From an uncultured delta proteobacterium (GTDB taxonomy: Bacteria > Desulfobacterota > Syntrophia > Syntrophales > UBA2185), in contig OY970063.1 of the NCBI GenBank assembly GCA_963705275.1, positions 1,026,515 through 1,090,514 of the forward strand: DNA of 64,000 nucleotides, in the 5' to 3' direction. A program made the translations under genes and the position numbers. How positions within the stretch are numbered: the stretch's first letter is position 1; each line of letters begins with the position of its first letter. The notes under the pieces are model-generated. The model searched no databases, had not been told where the DNA came from, and worked only from the letters and a program-made list of their open reading frames with translations. Of this stretch, positions 8,931 through 18,155 are shown piece after piece.

Positions 8931-9632
8931 TCATTTGCTTATTTCAAAAAGAGCCGGCAAGGCTCTGCCGGCATTTTCTCGGATGGCTTTGTCATACAGA
9001 GATGACATTTCATTTGGTTCGGGGTTGATTTCTATGCAATAGGCTCCGCTGTCCTTGGCGATTCTGGGAAAGCCTGCTACGGGCCAGACCACGCCGGATG
9101 TGCCGATACTGATAAAAAGATCACATCGCCTGACCATTAGATTAGCTTCGCTGATGACATCCTGATTCAGCATGTCGCCAAACCATACAATATCGGGGCG
9201 GAGCCAACTCCCGCATTGGTCGCATTTGTAGCTTTTAAAGGTTTCTCCCATATCCTCGACTATTCCGTGAGTGGGGCAGCGGACGCGCCAGAGACTGCCG
9301 TGCAATTCTGTGACGTTTCGGTTCCCCGCCCGCTGGTGCATTCCGTCGATATTCTGGGTCACTACTCTTACCGGGGGATGGCTCTTTTCCAGTTCTGCTA
9401 TAACATGGTGCCCTGAATGCGGTTGGCATGCCAATACTGATCGCCTTCTCAACTCATGGAACTGGAGCACCTTTTGCGGGTCCCTGTCAAATGCCTCCTG
9501 GCAGGCATATTCCTCCCAGTTGTACTGACTCCAGATGCCGCCCCTGCCGCGATAAGTGGGGACGCCGCTTTCGGCAGACATCCCCGCGCCGGTAAAAAAA
9601 ACGATGCTTTTATAGTTGTCAGAGAGAGTCAT
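8931..9632 (-). CDS. cobB: NAD-dependent protein deacylase (sirtuin)
   Basis: FTGAGMSAESGVPTYRG, VTQNIDG, ELHGS, LRPDIVWFG, IGTSG, EINPE. Confidence 0.93.
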   Translation of the reverse strand: MTLSDNYKSIVFFTGAGMSAESGVPTYRGRGGIWSQYNWEEYACQEAFDRDPQKVLQFHELRRRSVLACQPHSGHHVIAELEKSHPPVRVVTQNIDGMHQRAGNRNVTELHGSLWRVRCPTHGIVEDMGETFKSYKCDQCGSWLRPDIVWFGDMLNQDVISEANLMVRRCDLFISIGTSGVVWPVAGFPRIAKDSGAYCIEINPEPNEMSSLYDKAIRENAGRALPALFEISK

Positions 9633-9636
9633 TATT

Positions 9637-9972
9637 TTAACCTCTAAGCATCCATTGGTGGACGAACGCTCCTACCAACCACGTACCGAAGCTCACGCAC
9701 AGCACAATCCCGATTGGATAGTGCTTCACAAAAGAGACATAGGCGACCACAAAAAATAGAATGCTCGGAATTATCCCCCAGAGAGCCGCCTTCGTAAAAT
9801 CTTCCATAAGCTTGAAATTTCCCGGATTGTCCGAATAAATCCAGACCAGAATAATCACGCTTACAATAGGCATAGTCGCAATTAGACCGCTTAGTGCGGG
9901 AAAGTTCCTGCCGATCTGCGTGCAGATAATGATGATGGCAACGCTCACTGCTATCTTTACGAAAAATTCCAT
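9637..9972 (-). CDS. DUF3147-like 4-TM membrane protein
   Basis: LSGLIATMP pattern and four hydrophobic helices. Confidence 0.65.
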   Translation of the reverse strand: MEFFVKIAVSVAIIIICTQIGRNFPALSGLIATMPIVSVIILVWIYSDNPGNFKLMEDFTKAALWGIIPSILFFVVAYVSFVKHYPIGIVLCVSFGTWLVGAFVHQWMLRG

Positions 9973-10016
9973 ACGCCTTCCCTGTACTCCGATTTGTCAG
10001 GAATAGTTGAAGATGT

Positions 10017-10226
10017 CTATTTGTCCGGCTCTCTAAGTGCGGCATTAGGATTTATGAAAGGATCGTGGGCGCATGCAAAACAATAGTACGCGGGCCAGAC
10101 ACAGCCGCAACCGGAGCCTATCAATTCGAAGCACGCACACTTTTCACACAGAGATACGGAGCAACCAAGACACTTTACAAAAACTCTTGTCTTTACACAG
10201 ATTTCACAAAGAACTTCGTTTTCCAT
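10017..10226 (-). CDS. Small Cys-rich (11 Cys) putative zinc-binding protein
   Basis: CxxC...CxxC....CxxCxC...GCGC...CxxC in 69 aa; co-oriented within the operon. Confidence 0.6.
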   Translation of the reverse strand: MENEVLCEICVKTRVFVKCLGCSVSLCEKCACFELIGSGCGCVWPAYYCFACAHDPFINPNAALREPDK

Positions 10227-10254
10227 AATACTTTTCCGGCCAAATGATCGGGAT

Positions 10255-10827
10255 TCAGCGCATGTAAGTCGTTATCTCCTTGATCCCCTTCCGGGGAGTC
10301 GGTGAAGAAACGGCTGCAGATTTGCCGAGGCATATAAGTGCAATAGGCTCCTTTGCCTGATCGATTTTCAGGATCTTCCTTATCGTTTCCTTCTCAAAGA
10401 GGGTGAACCAGAGGGTCCCTAATCCCAGGGCATGGGCCGCAAGAAGCATGTTCTGAATGGCAGCTGCACACCCGTGCTGGTAAGCGAGACCTCCTCCTTC
10501 CAGGAACATATCCGCTCCCGTCTTCTTAGGGTCTCCGATGACAGCTATGATTGCCGGCGCCTCATTGACGAATCCGATCTTATAACGGTCAACCCATTTC
10601 CACCCGCTTTTTTCAAACAGGTTTTTTTTGCATTTTTCCGACTCGGTGAATATGTCCTTCTTGATCTCACCATTCGTAACAACGATAAATTCCCAGGGCT
10701 GGTTATTCGCTGGTGACGGCGCCCATGTACCCGCCTCCAGTATCTGCTCCAGCGCTTCACTGCTCACCGGATCAGGCATAAAATTCCGGCAGCTTCGCCT
10801 TTCCTTCAGTGCGGTGAAAATGTCCAT
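10255..10827 (-). CDS. Nitroreductase family protein
   Basis: ERRSCRNF, WAPSPANNQPWEF, AAIQNMLLAAHALGLGT. Confidence 0.92.
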   Translation of the reverse strand: MDIFTALKERRSCRNFMPDPVSSEALEQILEAGTWAPSPANNQPWEFIVVTNGEIKKDIFTESEKCKKNLFEKSGWKWVDRYKIGFVNEAPAIIAVIGDPKKTGADMFLEGGGLAYQHGCAAAIQNMLLAAHALGLGTLWFTLFEKETIRKILKIDQAKEPIALICLGKSAAVSSPTPRKGIKEITTYMR

Positions 10828-11069
10828 AACTGTCCCCCTTATCAGAATAGTTGAATCTTACGTATTGACAAAAAGCTTTACAGGTCACGTGCGATTGCAT
10901 GTAACCCTTATAAACTATCGTATAGCTTTATCCAATATTAAAACAAGGAAAAAGTAGCCCAAATTTTGGTGGAAGTATTAACCTGCTGTTTTACGTCCCT
11001 TTAACTACTATTGTATCTCGACGCTTACCCGTTAAGATAGATATAATTTTACATGACGAAGGGGCACTT

Positions 11070-11636
11070 ATGAAAAAGTCATTCGGCGCGAAAACACTAA
11101 TATATCCGACGCCTGTATGGGTGATAGGGACATATGACAAGGTCGGCAAGGCTAATGCCATGACCATAGCCTGGGGAGGAGTCTGCAGTTCCAGTCCTCC
11201 GTGCGTGGCTGTTTCAATAAGAAAAGCAACATATACCCATGGCAGCATCTTGGACCGCAAGGCATTCACGGTAAACGTTCCCTCTTCTGCGCAGGCCAGG
11301 ATAGCCGATTATCTCGGAATGGTTTCGGGGAGGACTGTGGATAAATTTGCCGCCGCAGAGCTCACTGCCGTAAAGGGTGACAAAGTTGACGCCCCTTATA
11401 TACAGGAATTCCCCTTGATTTTGGAGTGCAAGCTCCTGACCTCGAGTGAAATCGGGATCCATACGCATTTCATAGGCGAGATCATGGATGTCAAAGCCGA
11501 AGATTCCGTCATCGGGGAAAATGGCTTGCCGGATATCCTAAAAGTAAGGCCTGTACTCTTTGGCCCGGAGATACAATCCTATTATGGCGTCGGGAAGCAC
11601 CTGGGACAAGCTTTCAAAATAGGAAAAGAGATCTGA
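11070..11636 (+). CDS. Flavin reductase family protein (flavoredoxin-like)
   Basis: YPTPV.VIGTYD, NAMT.AWGG, FTVN.P, DYLG.VSG, THFIGEI. Confidence 0.88.
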   Translation: MKKSFGAKTLIYPTPVWVIGTYDKVGKANAMTIAWGGVCSSSPPCVAVSIRKATYTHGSILDRKAFTVNVPSSAQARIADYLGMVSGRTVDKFAAAELTAVKGDKVDAPYIQEFPLILECKLLTSSEIGIHTHFIGEIMDVKAEDSVIGENGLPDILKVRPVLFGPEIQSYYGVGKHLGQAFKIGKEI

Positions 11637-11766
11637 TGAGGAGAATAAGTCTATCCATTTTCGCGGCGCTTTGCACTGAGCAGATTTTTATAAACGAGGC
11701 CTGAGAATGTCTGACTAATGTGTAACGGGCTTGTTGAGAGGGCATATCAGGAAGCAAAGGACGTTT

Positions 11767-11860
11767 GAAAAAAACCCGAGGTCGTGAGTCGCCATCCTCT
11801 CCCTTTCGTCTCATCGGGTTAAGGGTCCCCGGTTCTACCTCCTTTTCCGGGGACCCATGC
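11767..11860 (-). ncRNA. Candidate small RNA: two hairpins with GGA-rich loops and a terminal U-tract
   Basis: Minus strand GGGTCCCCGG-AAAAGGAGGTAGAA-CCGGGGACCC, then AACCCGA/TGAGACG-AAAGGGAGAGGATGG-CGACTCA/TCGGGTT-TTTTT; intergenic between two plus-strand genes. Confidence 0.45.
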
Positions 11861-11944
11861 TATAATCTATATAATCTAATTGAAAATCGTTTGTTACAGA
11901 TACGAGTTAAGGAATAAATTAATTGATCTCAGGAAGGGGTTAAT

Positions 11945-12610
11945 ATGGAATTAAGAACAGCAATCGAAGGAAGGCGGAGCATTAGAAAATTCAAGGGAAA
12001 AGAGATCCCAGGGGAAATGATTCGCGATATACTGGAGACGGCACGCTGGGCTCCGTCCTGGGGCAATACGCAGCTGTGGGAATTTTATGTCCTTACAGGA
12101 AGACCGCTCGATGATTTCAGAGAGGCTAACCGCCGCTCATTCGTCGACGGTCAAACATTCCCCCTCGATGTCCCCATGCACGAGGTCTGGCCTGAGCGCC
12201 TGAAAGCAAGGTACGGGGAATTGGGAAAGATCATGCTGACTGCCATGAACGTCAAACGTGATGACAAGAACGCCCGCAATAGGCTGTACGAAGAAATGAC
12301 CACGCTATTCGGTGCGCCATGCCTTATTGTAGCCTGCATTCCCGGAGACATCCTTGTCGAATATGCCATGCTCGACATAGGCCTCATTATCCAGACCATA
12401 TGCCTTCTCGCCTATGACAAGGGCATCGGAACCTGCATAATGGCCATGTCTATCCGCAATCCGGGACTCCTCCGCAAGATTCTATCCGTTCCGGCAGATC
12501 GGAAAATCGTCATAGGGGTAGCCATGGGATATCCGGATGAAAACTTTCCTCTCAATAACTTTGAAAGAAAAAGGGCGGATGTTAGCGAATACATTAAGTG
12601 GGTTGGCTAA
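11945..12610 (+). CDS. Nitroreductase family protein
   Basis: GRRSIRKF, WAPSWGNTQ.W, FGAP, DIG...QTICLLA..KGIGTC, AMGYPD. Confidence 0.9.
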   Translation: MELRTAIEGRRSIRKFKGKEIPGEMIRDILETARWAPSWGNTQLWEFYVLTGRPLDDFREANRRSFVDGQTFPLDVPMHEVWPERLKARYGELGKIMLTAMNVKRDDKNARNRLYEEMTTLFGAPCLIVACIPGDILVEYAMLDIGLIIQTICLLAYDKGIGTCIMAMSIRNPGLLRKILSVPADRKIVIGVAMGYPDENFPLNNFERKRADVSEYIKWVG

Positions 12611-12625
12611 AAGAGACATGGCGTC

Positions 12626-13201
12626 TCATGCCCGGACTTTTTTTAAAAGCCACCCCATGTTCTCCCCGAGGGTCTTCATGGTCTGTACGCCCTCTTCATC
12701 CTTCAAGACTTCCCCCGGATCCCTCCCAATTGCTATATTCCAATAGCTCGAACCGGGAATCATCATCTGCATATAGTGGAGAAACAGCATGATGGAGTTG
12801 AACGCAGGGATTGCCCCTGCCCTGCGGACGGCAACTACGCCTGCCCCGACCTTGTGCTTGAACATGTAGTCATTTGCACGCGCGACAAAGCCGCATCTTT
12901 CGATAAACGCCCTCATACCGGATGTGACATCGGCGAAATATGTCGGCGACCCCAGGATTACTCCGTCTGCCTGCAACATTTTCTCGATAATGTCATTGAG
13001 CATATCCTTGTCAACAGAGCACCTGCGGTTTTTATTCTTGAAACACTTATAGCAGGCAATACATCCTGCAATCGGATGCCCTGCAAGCTGTATCAATTCC
13101 GTCTCAATTCCTTCTTTTTTCAACTCATCGAAAACCAGGTTGATAAGAATTGCCGTATTGCCGTCTTTGCGGGCGCTTCCGTTCAACGCTACTACTTTCA
13201 T
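12626..13201 (-). CDS. Iron-sulfur flavoprotein (Isf)/flavodoxin-fold NADPH-dependent FMN reductase
   Basis: NGSARKDGNT, compact CIACYKC..NKNRRC cluster motif, ADGVILGSPTYF, RRAGA; AGGAGG RBS. Confidence 0.88.
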   Translation of the reverse strand: MKVVALNGSARKDGNTAILINLVFDELKKEGIETELIQLAGHPIAGCIACYKCFKNKNRRCSVDKDMLNDIIEKMLQADGVILGSPTYFADVTSGMRAFIERCGFVARANDYMFKHKVGAGVVAVRRAGAIPAFNSIMLFLHYMQMMIPGSSYWNIAIGRDPGEVLKDEEGVQTMKTLGENMGWLLKKVRA

Positions 13202-13632
13202 TATGATCCTCCTTCGTTTAAGATGCATTGCACATATGCATTGCTTTCTTAGACAGTTTTCTTTAAAAATACAAGGGGGAAAGAGCAACTGACAAACTTC
13301 GTTAGTACTGTCTTCTGATTTCGTTTGTTAAGGAAAATCGTGAGTATCGAATCAGGAGAGGAGAACCACCCTCTTATGGTCGTATTGCTCGGATTTAATG
13401 CATAAAAAGCAACTTCTTATCAGGTCATTCTTTCATTGGCGCAGAATACTGCCCAGCCGACGGGTTGACCTCGCAAGAGCCATTTTTATCAAGAAACATT
13501 AATCTTTACTTTCTGCCGCTGGTAGGTTTTGGCTACCATTATGACTTCATTTTTTTATTATTCAGTTAAGCGATCTAATAGGGTATCGTTAAAAAATAAA
13601 GGAGTTCATCTGTTGCGCACGATAGGTGAGGT

Positions 13633-14205
13633 GTGCTCCATCCTAAAGCGAGCAAAGCTTGCGATTTGCATTTATTACCAAAGGCTTTTTGTATGCGGCA
13701 TGTGAGCGGTCATGGCAAGGGAAAGGTCGGCGTCATACTGCAGATTGCGGCTATGGTCATGCTACTCTGTATGCCTCATTTGCCTCTTCTGGCCCATACC
13801 CTGGCTGTCCCAGCGCAACCGGGGCGCTGTGCCATGGACCACCGTATCTGCCGATGTTCGCCGGAGAGAATTGCCTTGCGCACTTGTTGCTGCTTTAAAA
13901 GCATGAAGCGCGCTGAAACATCCGTCAAGCTGCGATGTCATGATTTGCGAGCCAAGCCTCATGAACAGCACGACCTCGATGAGGATATCCCACGCGCTTC
14001 CCACAGGTTGAGTTCCCTGCCGTGCGGCCAGGATCCCCAGTTGATTTCGCATGCAACCTCGGAGATGAAATACGTGCGTTCGGCCCTGGCGCCGCTGCTG
14101 ACGCATAGGTTGGTGCCTTATAATATACCTCACCGCGGGAACAGCTATCACAGCCCGTCCCTGGAACCTCTCGTTCCACCCCCGGAAACCTCTGCTTTCG
14201 TCTGA
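13633..14205 (+). CDS. Cys-rich hypothetical protein with signal-like segment and Pro-rich C-terminus (start uncertain)
   Basis: Hydrophobic stretch, C-x6-CxC-x9-CCC, LPC, and C-terminal SLEPLVPPPE. Confidence 0.55.
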   Translation: MLHPKASKACDLHLLPKAFCMRHVSGHGKGKVGVILQIAAMVMLLCMPHLPLLAHTLAVPAQPGRCAMDHRICRCSPERIALRTCCCFKSMKRAETSVKLRCHDLRAKPHEQHDLDEDIPRASHRLSSLPCGQDPQLISHATSEMKYVRSALAPLLTHRLVPYNIPHRGNSYHSPSLEPLVPPPETSAFV

Positions 14206-14606
14206 TTCCCGCCAGATATTTGTCTTTCGATACGGTTTGACAGTACCCTTACCGGTATGGTCATGCACCATAAGGGTGCAGTTTCGTATCCTATGATACG
14301 CAGATCAACACTCTTATGACGGGAAGAAGCGATTTAATACAAAACAGCAAATCTCTAGAAGTAACCAGCGAAGGCGCTGTCAGTGCTTTCCTTGCTGTCA
14401 TGAGGAGTTCTGCGCGACACTCTTGCCTGGTTAATTCTTAATACGTTCCGGGACATCTCAGGATTACTAATAAGGAAGGAAATCATATGCGAAAAATAGT
14501 AACTTGTTTGATATGGATTACCAAAAGCCACATGAGCCCGTGCGTGCCGGCCATTGAGAAAGCAAACATTTATGCCAGATGTATCTTATAGAGAGGAGGA
14601 GATGAC

Positions 14607-15125
14607 ATGAAAAGAATATTGGTTTATTCCGTATTGGCAGTATTTTGTCTACTGCCTGTGGGCGCTCTTTGGGCGCTCGACAAGGATGTCAAGGAAATGC
14701 CCGCATGCAAGCATTGCGGCATGAGCAGAGATACCTTCGCACACAGCAGGATGTTGATTGAATATGAAGACGGTTCAACAGTTGCCGCCTGCAGCCTCCA
14801 CTGCGCCGCCCTTGATCTCGCCCTTAACTTGGATAAGGCGCCGAAGGCCATCCGTGTGGCGGATTACAACACAAAAGAATTGATCAATGCGGAAACAGCG
14901 ACATGGGTCATCGGGGGCAAAAAGCCCGGGGTTATGACAAGGAATGCAAAATGGGCCTTTGCAAAAAAGGAAGATGCGGAGAAATTCTCTCTGGAAAACA
15001 GCGGACGCATCGCCGGATTCGATGAGGCCCTCGAAGCCGCCTACAAGGATCTCGCCAGTGATACTAAGATGATCCGTGAGAAAAGAAAAATGATGAAGAA
15101 AAAAATGATGGAGAAGAAGGGATGA
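14607..15125 (+). CDS. NosL-family copper-binding periplasmic protein
   Basis: Signal peptide, CKHCGM, CSLHC, ADYNT..LI.A..A.WVIG...GVMT; AGGAGG RBS. Confidence 0.8.
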   Translation: MKRILVYSVLAVFCLLPVGALWALDKDVKEMPACKHCGMSRDTFAHSRMLIEYEDGSTVAACSLHCAALDLALNLDKAPKAIRVADYNTKELINAETATWVIGGKKPGVMTRNAKWAFAKKEDAEKFSLENSGRIAGFDEALEAAYKDLASDTKMIREKRKMMKKKMMEKKG

Positions 15126-15359
15126 TGCGCGCGGAAGGACTTAACCCGGATAGCTCCGCAAAACTTCCTATATGGTACCTGCCTGGCTTTCTGCTTTTGG
15201 TCTCACCTGCAGAGGCAGCGGAAAGATGAATAATGGGAGTTCCTATCAAGAATAGCCAAATCAAATTGTCTTGACAGGTTGGGAGATATACTCTATTTTT
15301 TGGCGACGTTAGAAATATCATCGTCAATTTCCAAGAAATACTGTCTGGAGGAGAATGAA

Positions 15360-15752
15360 ATGAAGAAAGCATTAACGATCGGTATGGCGATCCTTTTATG
15401 TCTGGTTATGACTGGCATAGCCTTTGGGGCGCTCAAGGACGGCCAGATGAAGCTAAAAGTGGGAGATGAAGTGTATGTTTGCGGTTGCGGCGATGCTTGC
15501 CCCTGTCTAACCATGTCAAAAAACCAGGGTAAATGCTCTTGCGGCAAGGATCTGGTTAAGGCCAAAGTCACCAAGGTTGAAAAAGGTAAGGCCACAGTAA
15601 TGGTAAACGGCAAGGAGCAGATATTCCCGACTAAGGGAAAATACGCCTGTGCATGTGGGCCAAAGTGCAACTGCGATACGATAAGCCAGAGCCCCGGAAA
15701 ATGCGGCTGCGGCTCTGAAATGAAGCCTGTCGAAGGAGGAAAAGCCAAGTAA
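15360..15752 (+). CDS. Exported Cys-rich protein with two 6-Cys metal-binding repeats
   Basis: Signal peptide; YVCGCGDACPCLTMSKNQGKCSCG and YACACGPKCNCDTISQSPGKCGCG; GGAGGAG RBS; TTGACA-N17-TATTTT upstream. Confidence 0.75.
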   Translation: MKKALTIGMAILLCLVMTGIAFGALKDGQMKLKVGDEVYVCGCGDACPCLTMSKNQGKCSCGKDLVKAKVTKVEKGKATVMVNGKEQIFPTKGKYACACGPKCNCDTISQSPGKCGCGSEMKPVEGGKAK

Positions 15753-16228
15753 CATTAAACCTGAAGCCTGGATGTATTCTCAAAAAGAAATTCGCAGATT
15801 TTGAAGGTGCTGCCCCGATTCCTCATGAGGCCAGGACGTGGGGAAGAGGGACAGCTGATCATGGAACACCATCAGATGATACAGTTCGAATGTTAATCCT
15901 CGCTTGATTTGAAAATTGATAGTTGTGTAGTTGTTGGTTTAGCAGACAATCGGCCTCTTCCTACAACTATGATATTGGTACTCAGCACACCTCCATAGTA
16001 TCTCCATCGCAAATAAATAAGCATGTTCGCTATAATAGAAGCGGCTCTTTATTTATCCCGTCAAGAAATTTTTCTGCCCGCGATTATACATGGCATAATT
16101 TGTGCGGAAGCCCGAAAAAGACGAAAAAATAGCTATTATATTATAACTTACTTATATTATTGCGCTTCTCTCTGCCCATATTTTGTGCAATTTGGTAGGA
16201 ATACAGACCAGATAAGCAACGGCTAGAA

Positions 16229-16261
16229 TTATCAACATACTTATCAACAGGTTTATCTACA
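16229..16261 (+). repeat. Three tandem DnaA-box-like 9-mers
   Basis: TTATCAACA-tac-TTATCAACA-ggt-TTATCTACA, each one mismatch from TTATCCACA, with a 12-bp period. Confidence 0.6.
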
Positions 16262-16597
16262 GGTTTGGGGATTGCGGCTAACAACTATCGATTATCCTTT
16301 ATAATTTTTCGCAAGGAATCCTCTTAGAGTGACGTAGGGTTTCTTGAAGTCAAAAATAAGAGAATGCTCTATATAATTTCATCAGCTAAAATAGTATAAA
16401 ATGACATTATGTGACGATAGCCTCATTTCAGAGGAGATGTTTACATAAGAATAAAAAAGCCCCTGCTTGGCCCGGGTAGATTTTACAACTGCATGCAAGA
16501 TAGGGGCTATGGAAGCCTGTAGAAGGGCGCTGCCGGGAGATAAGGTAACCGCGCAAGGCAGTTGAAAGAAGACAGGATACAAGAGGTGCTCTGAGAG

Positions 16598-17470
16598 ATG
16601 AATATCACCGAGACGATGCGCAAGAAACTGCTCCGTTTTCAGAAGAATGAAATCACCGAGCATCATATCTATAACAAACTCGCGCGAACTGTCAAATCAC
16701 CTGAGAACCAAAAAATTCTTGCAGACATCGCCGATGATGAGTTGCGGCATTATCGAAAGTGGCGTGAATATACCGATCATGATGTAGAACCTGACAGACT
16801 GCGAATCTGGAAATACTATCTGATCAGCCGTATCTTCGGATTCACCTTCGGCCTCAAGCTCTTGGAGAAAGGCGAAGAGGACGCACAGGACAGTTACGGA
16901 CACTTTCGAGAGACAATCCCTGAAGCCGACGCTATCATAAGAAATGAGGGCGAGCACGAGATAGCCCTCCTGGGACTGCTGGATGAAGAAAGGCTGCGCT
17001 ACACGGGATCCATGGTGTTGGGTCTGAATGACGCACTTATGGAGATGACGGGGGTGCTCGCCGGTCTCACTTTAGCGTTGCGAGACACAAAGCTTATAGC
17101 CCTGGCCGGCTCGATCACCGGCATTGCAGCGGCCTTGTCTATGGGGGCATCCCAGTATCTGGCCACGAAGACGGAAGATACAGCCAAGAACCCGGTGAGA
17201 GCGTCGCTCTACACCGTCGGCGCGTATATGATCACCATCCTGGTCCTGATTGCACCCTACCTGCTCTTGAATAACTTTTATCTCTCCCTGGGTTGCGCAT
17301 TTACCGGAGCGGTCTTCATCATAGCTGCTTTTACATACTATATTTCGATTGCGAGGGATCTTCCCTTCAGAAGACATTTTTTCGAGATGGCGGGACTGAG
17401 TTTTGCTGTGGCTGCTTTCAGTTTTCTAATCGGCTATATCATGCGCGCTTTCCTCGGTGTTGAAGTCTGA
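16598..17470 (+). CDS. Rubrerythrin-like domain + VIT1/CCC1 transporter (MbfA-like iron exporter)
   Basis: Ferritin-like E..E..H motifs (DELRH, NEGEH), then GSMVLGLNDAL, AAALSMGASQYL and TM helices. Confidence 0.85.
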   Translation: MNITETMRKKLLRFQKNEITEHHIYNKLARTVKSPENQKILADIADDELRHYRKWREYTDHDVEPDRLRIWKYYLISRIFGFTFGLKLLEKGEEDAQDSYGHFRETIPEADAIIRNEGEHEIALLGLLDEERLRYTGSMVLGLNDALMEMTGVLAGLTLALRDTKLIALAGSITGIAAALSMGASQYLATKTEDTAKNPVRASLYTVGAYMITILVLIAPYLLLNNFYLSLGCAFTGAVFIIAAFTYYISIARDLPFRRHFFEMAGLSFAVAAFSFLIGYIMRAFLGVEV

Positions 17471-17509
17471 AAACTTCTTCGGCTTGCTTCTTCTTTTCTT
17501 TACTGCAAA

Positions 17510-18013
17510 TTAACTCTTAAGCCTTCTCGGCACGTTCACCTCGGGCGATAATATCAAATGGGGTGGAACCTCCTGGGCCCCCAGGATCTGAACAAGTTCA
17601 TCCAGGGCGGAGGCTATATCTATGAGCCTGTGAGCGGGCAGCACTTCCAGACCGGCGGCCAGAAGACCCTGAGCCACCTCGGGTGCCCTCGCAACCAGCG
17701 CTTTTCCCTCCGGCGTGAGATTTACATCGACAACGCGCCGGTCTTCGCGCGCCCTTACCCGCAAGACAAGACTTTGCTCTTCCAGACGGTTCAGTATGCC
17801 CACAACGGTTGCGGGATGAAGATACATCCTATGCGCCAGCTCAGATACCTGAACAGGAGAGGACTCAGCAATCATCTTGATGGCCCAGAGCTGCGGCCCC
17901 GTAATTCCCGTCTGTTTCTTCGCCTTCTTGGACTGCTCGTTAATGACCTGGTAAACCCTTCTCAGATTATCAAAGATGTCAGCAATGGCCTTCTGCTTTT
18001 TTCGCACGTTCAT
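17510..18013 (-). CDS. MarR family transcriptional regulator
   Basis: GITGPQLW, SELAHRMYLHPATVVGILNRLE, DRRVVDVNLTPEG. Confidence 0.9.
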   Translation of the reverse strand: MNVRKKQKAIADIFDNLRRVYQVINEQSKKAKKQTGITGPQLWAIKMIAESSPVQVSELAHRMYLHPATVVGILNRLEEQSLVLRVRAREDRRVVDVNLTPEGKALVARAPEVAQGLLAAGLEVLPAHRLIDIASALDELVQILGAQEVPPHLILSPEVNVPRRLKS

Positions 18014-18155
18014 ACTCCCCGCTGATAAATTGCATATAGTTTCTGTGCTGATTGTTACTATACAAATTATTTTTATAAAAAACAATTGACTTTTTTTGAA
18101 AAAGTAATAAAAGGGAGGTATTATATTTCTAATATTATAGAAAGGAGTTTTTCGT

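Noticed and set aside
13340-13400. Moco-like riboswitch upstream of the Isf gene
   Set aside because: Only a short TCCGAG...ACC resemblance; the remaining conserved elements are not found.
14607-15125. Nitrous oxide reduction operon
   Set aside because: Only a NosL-family gene is present.
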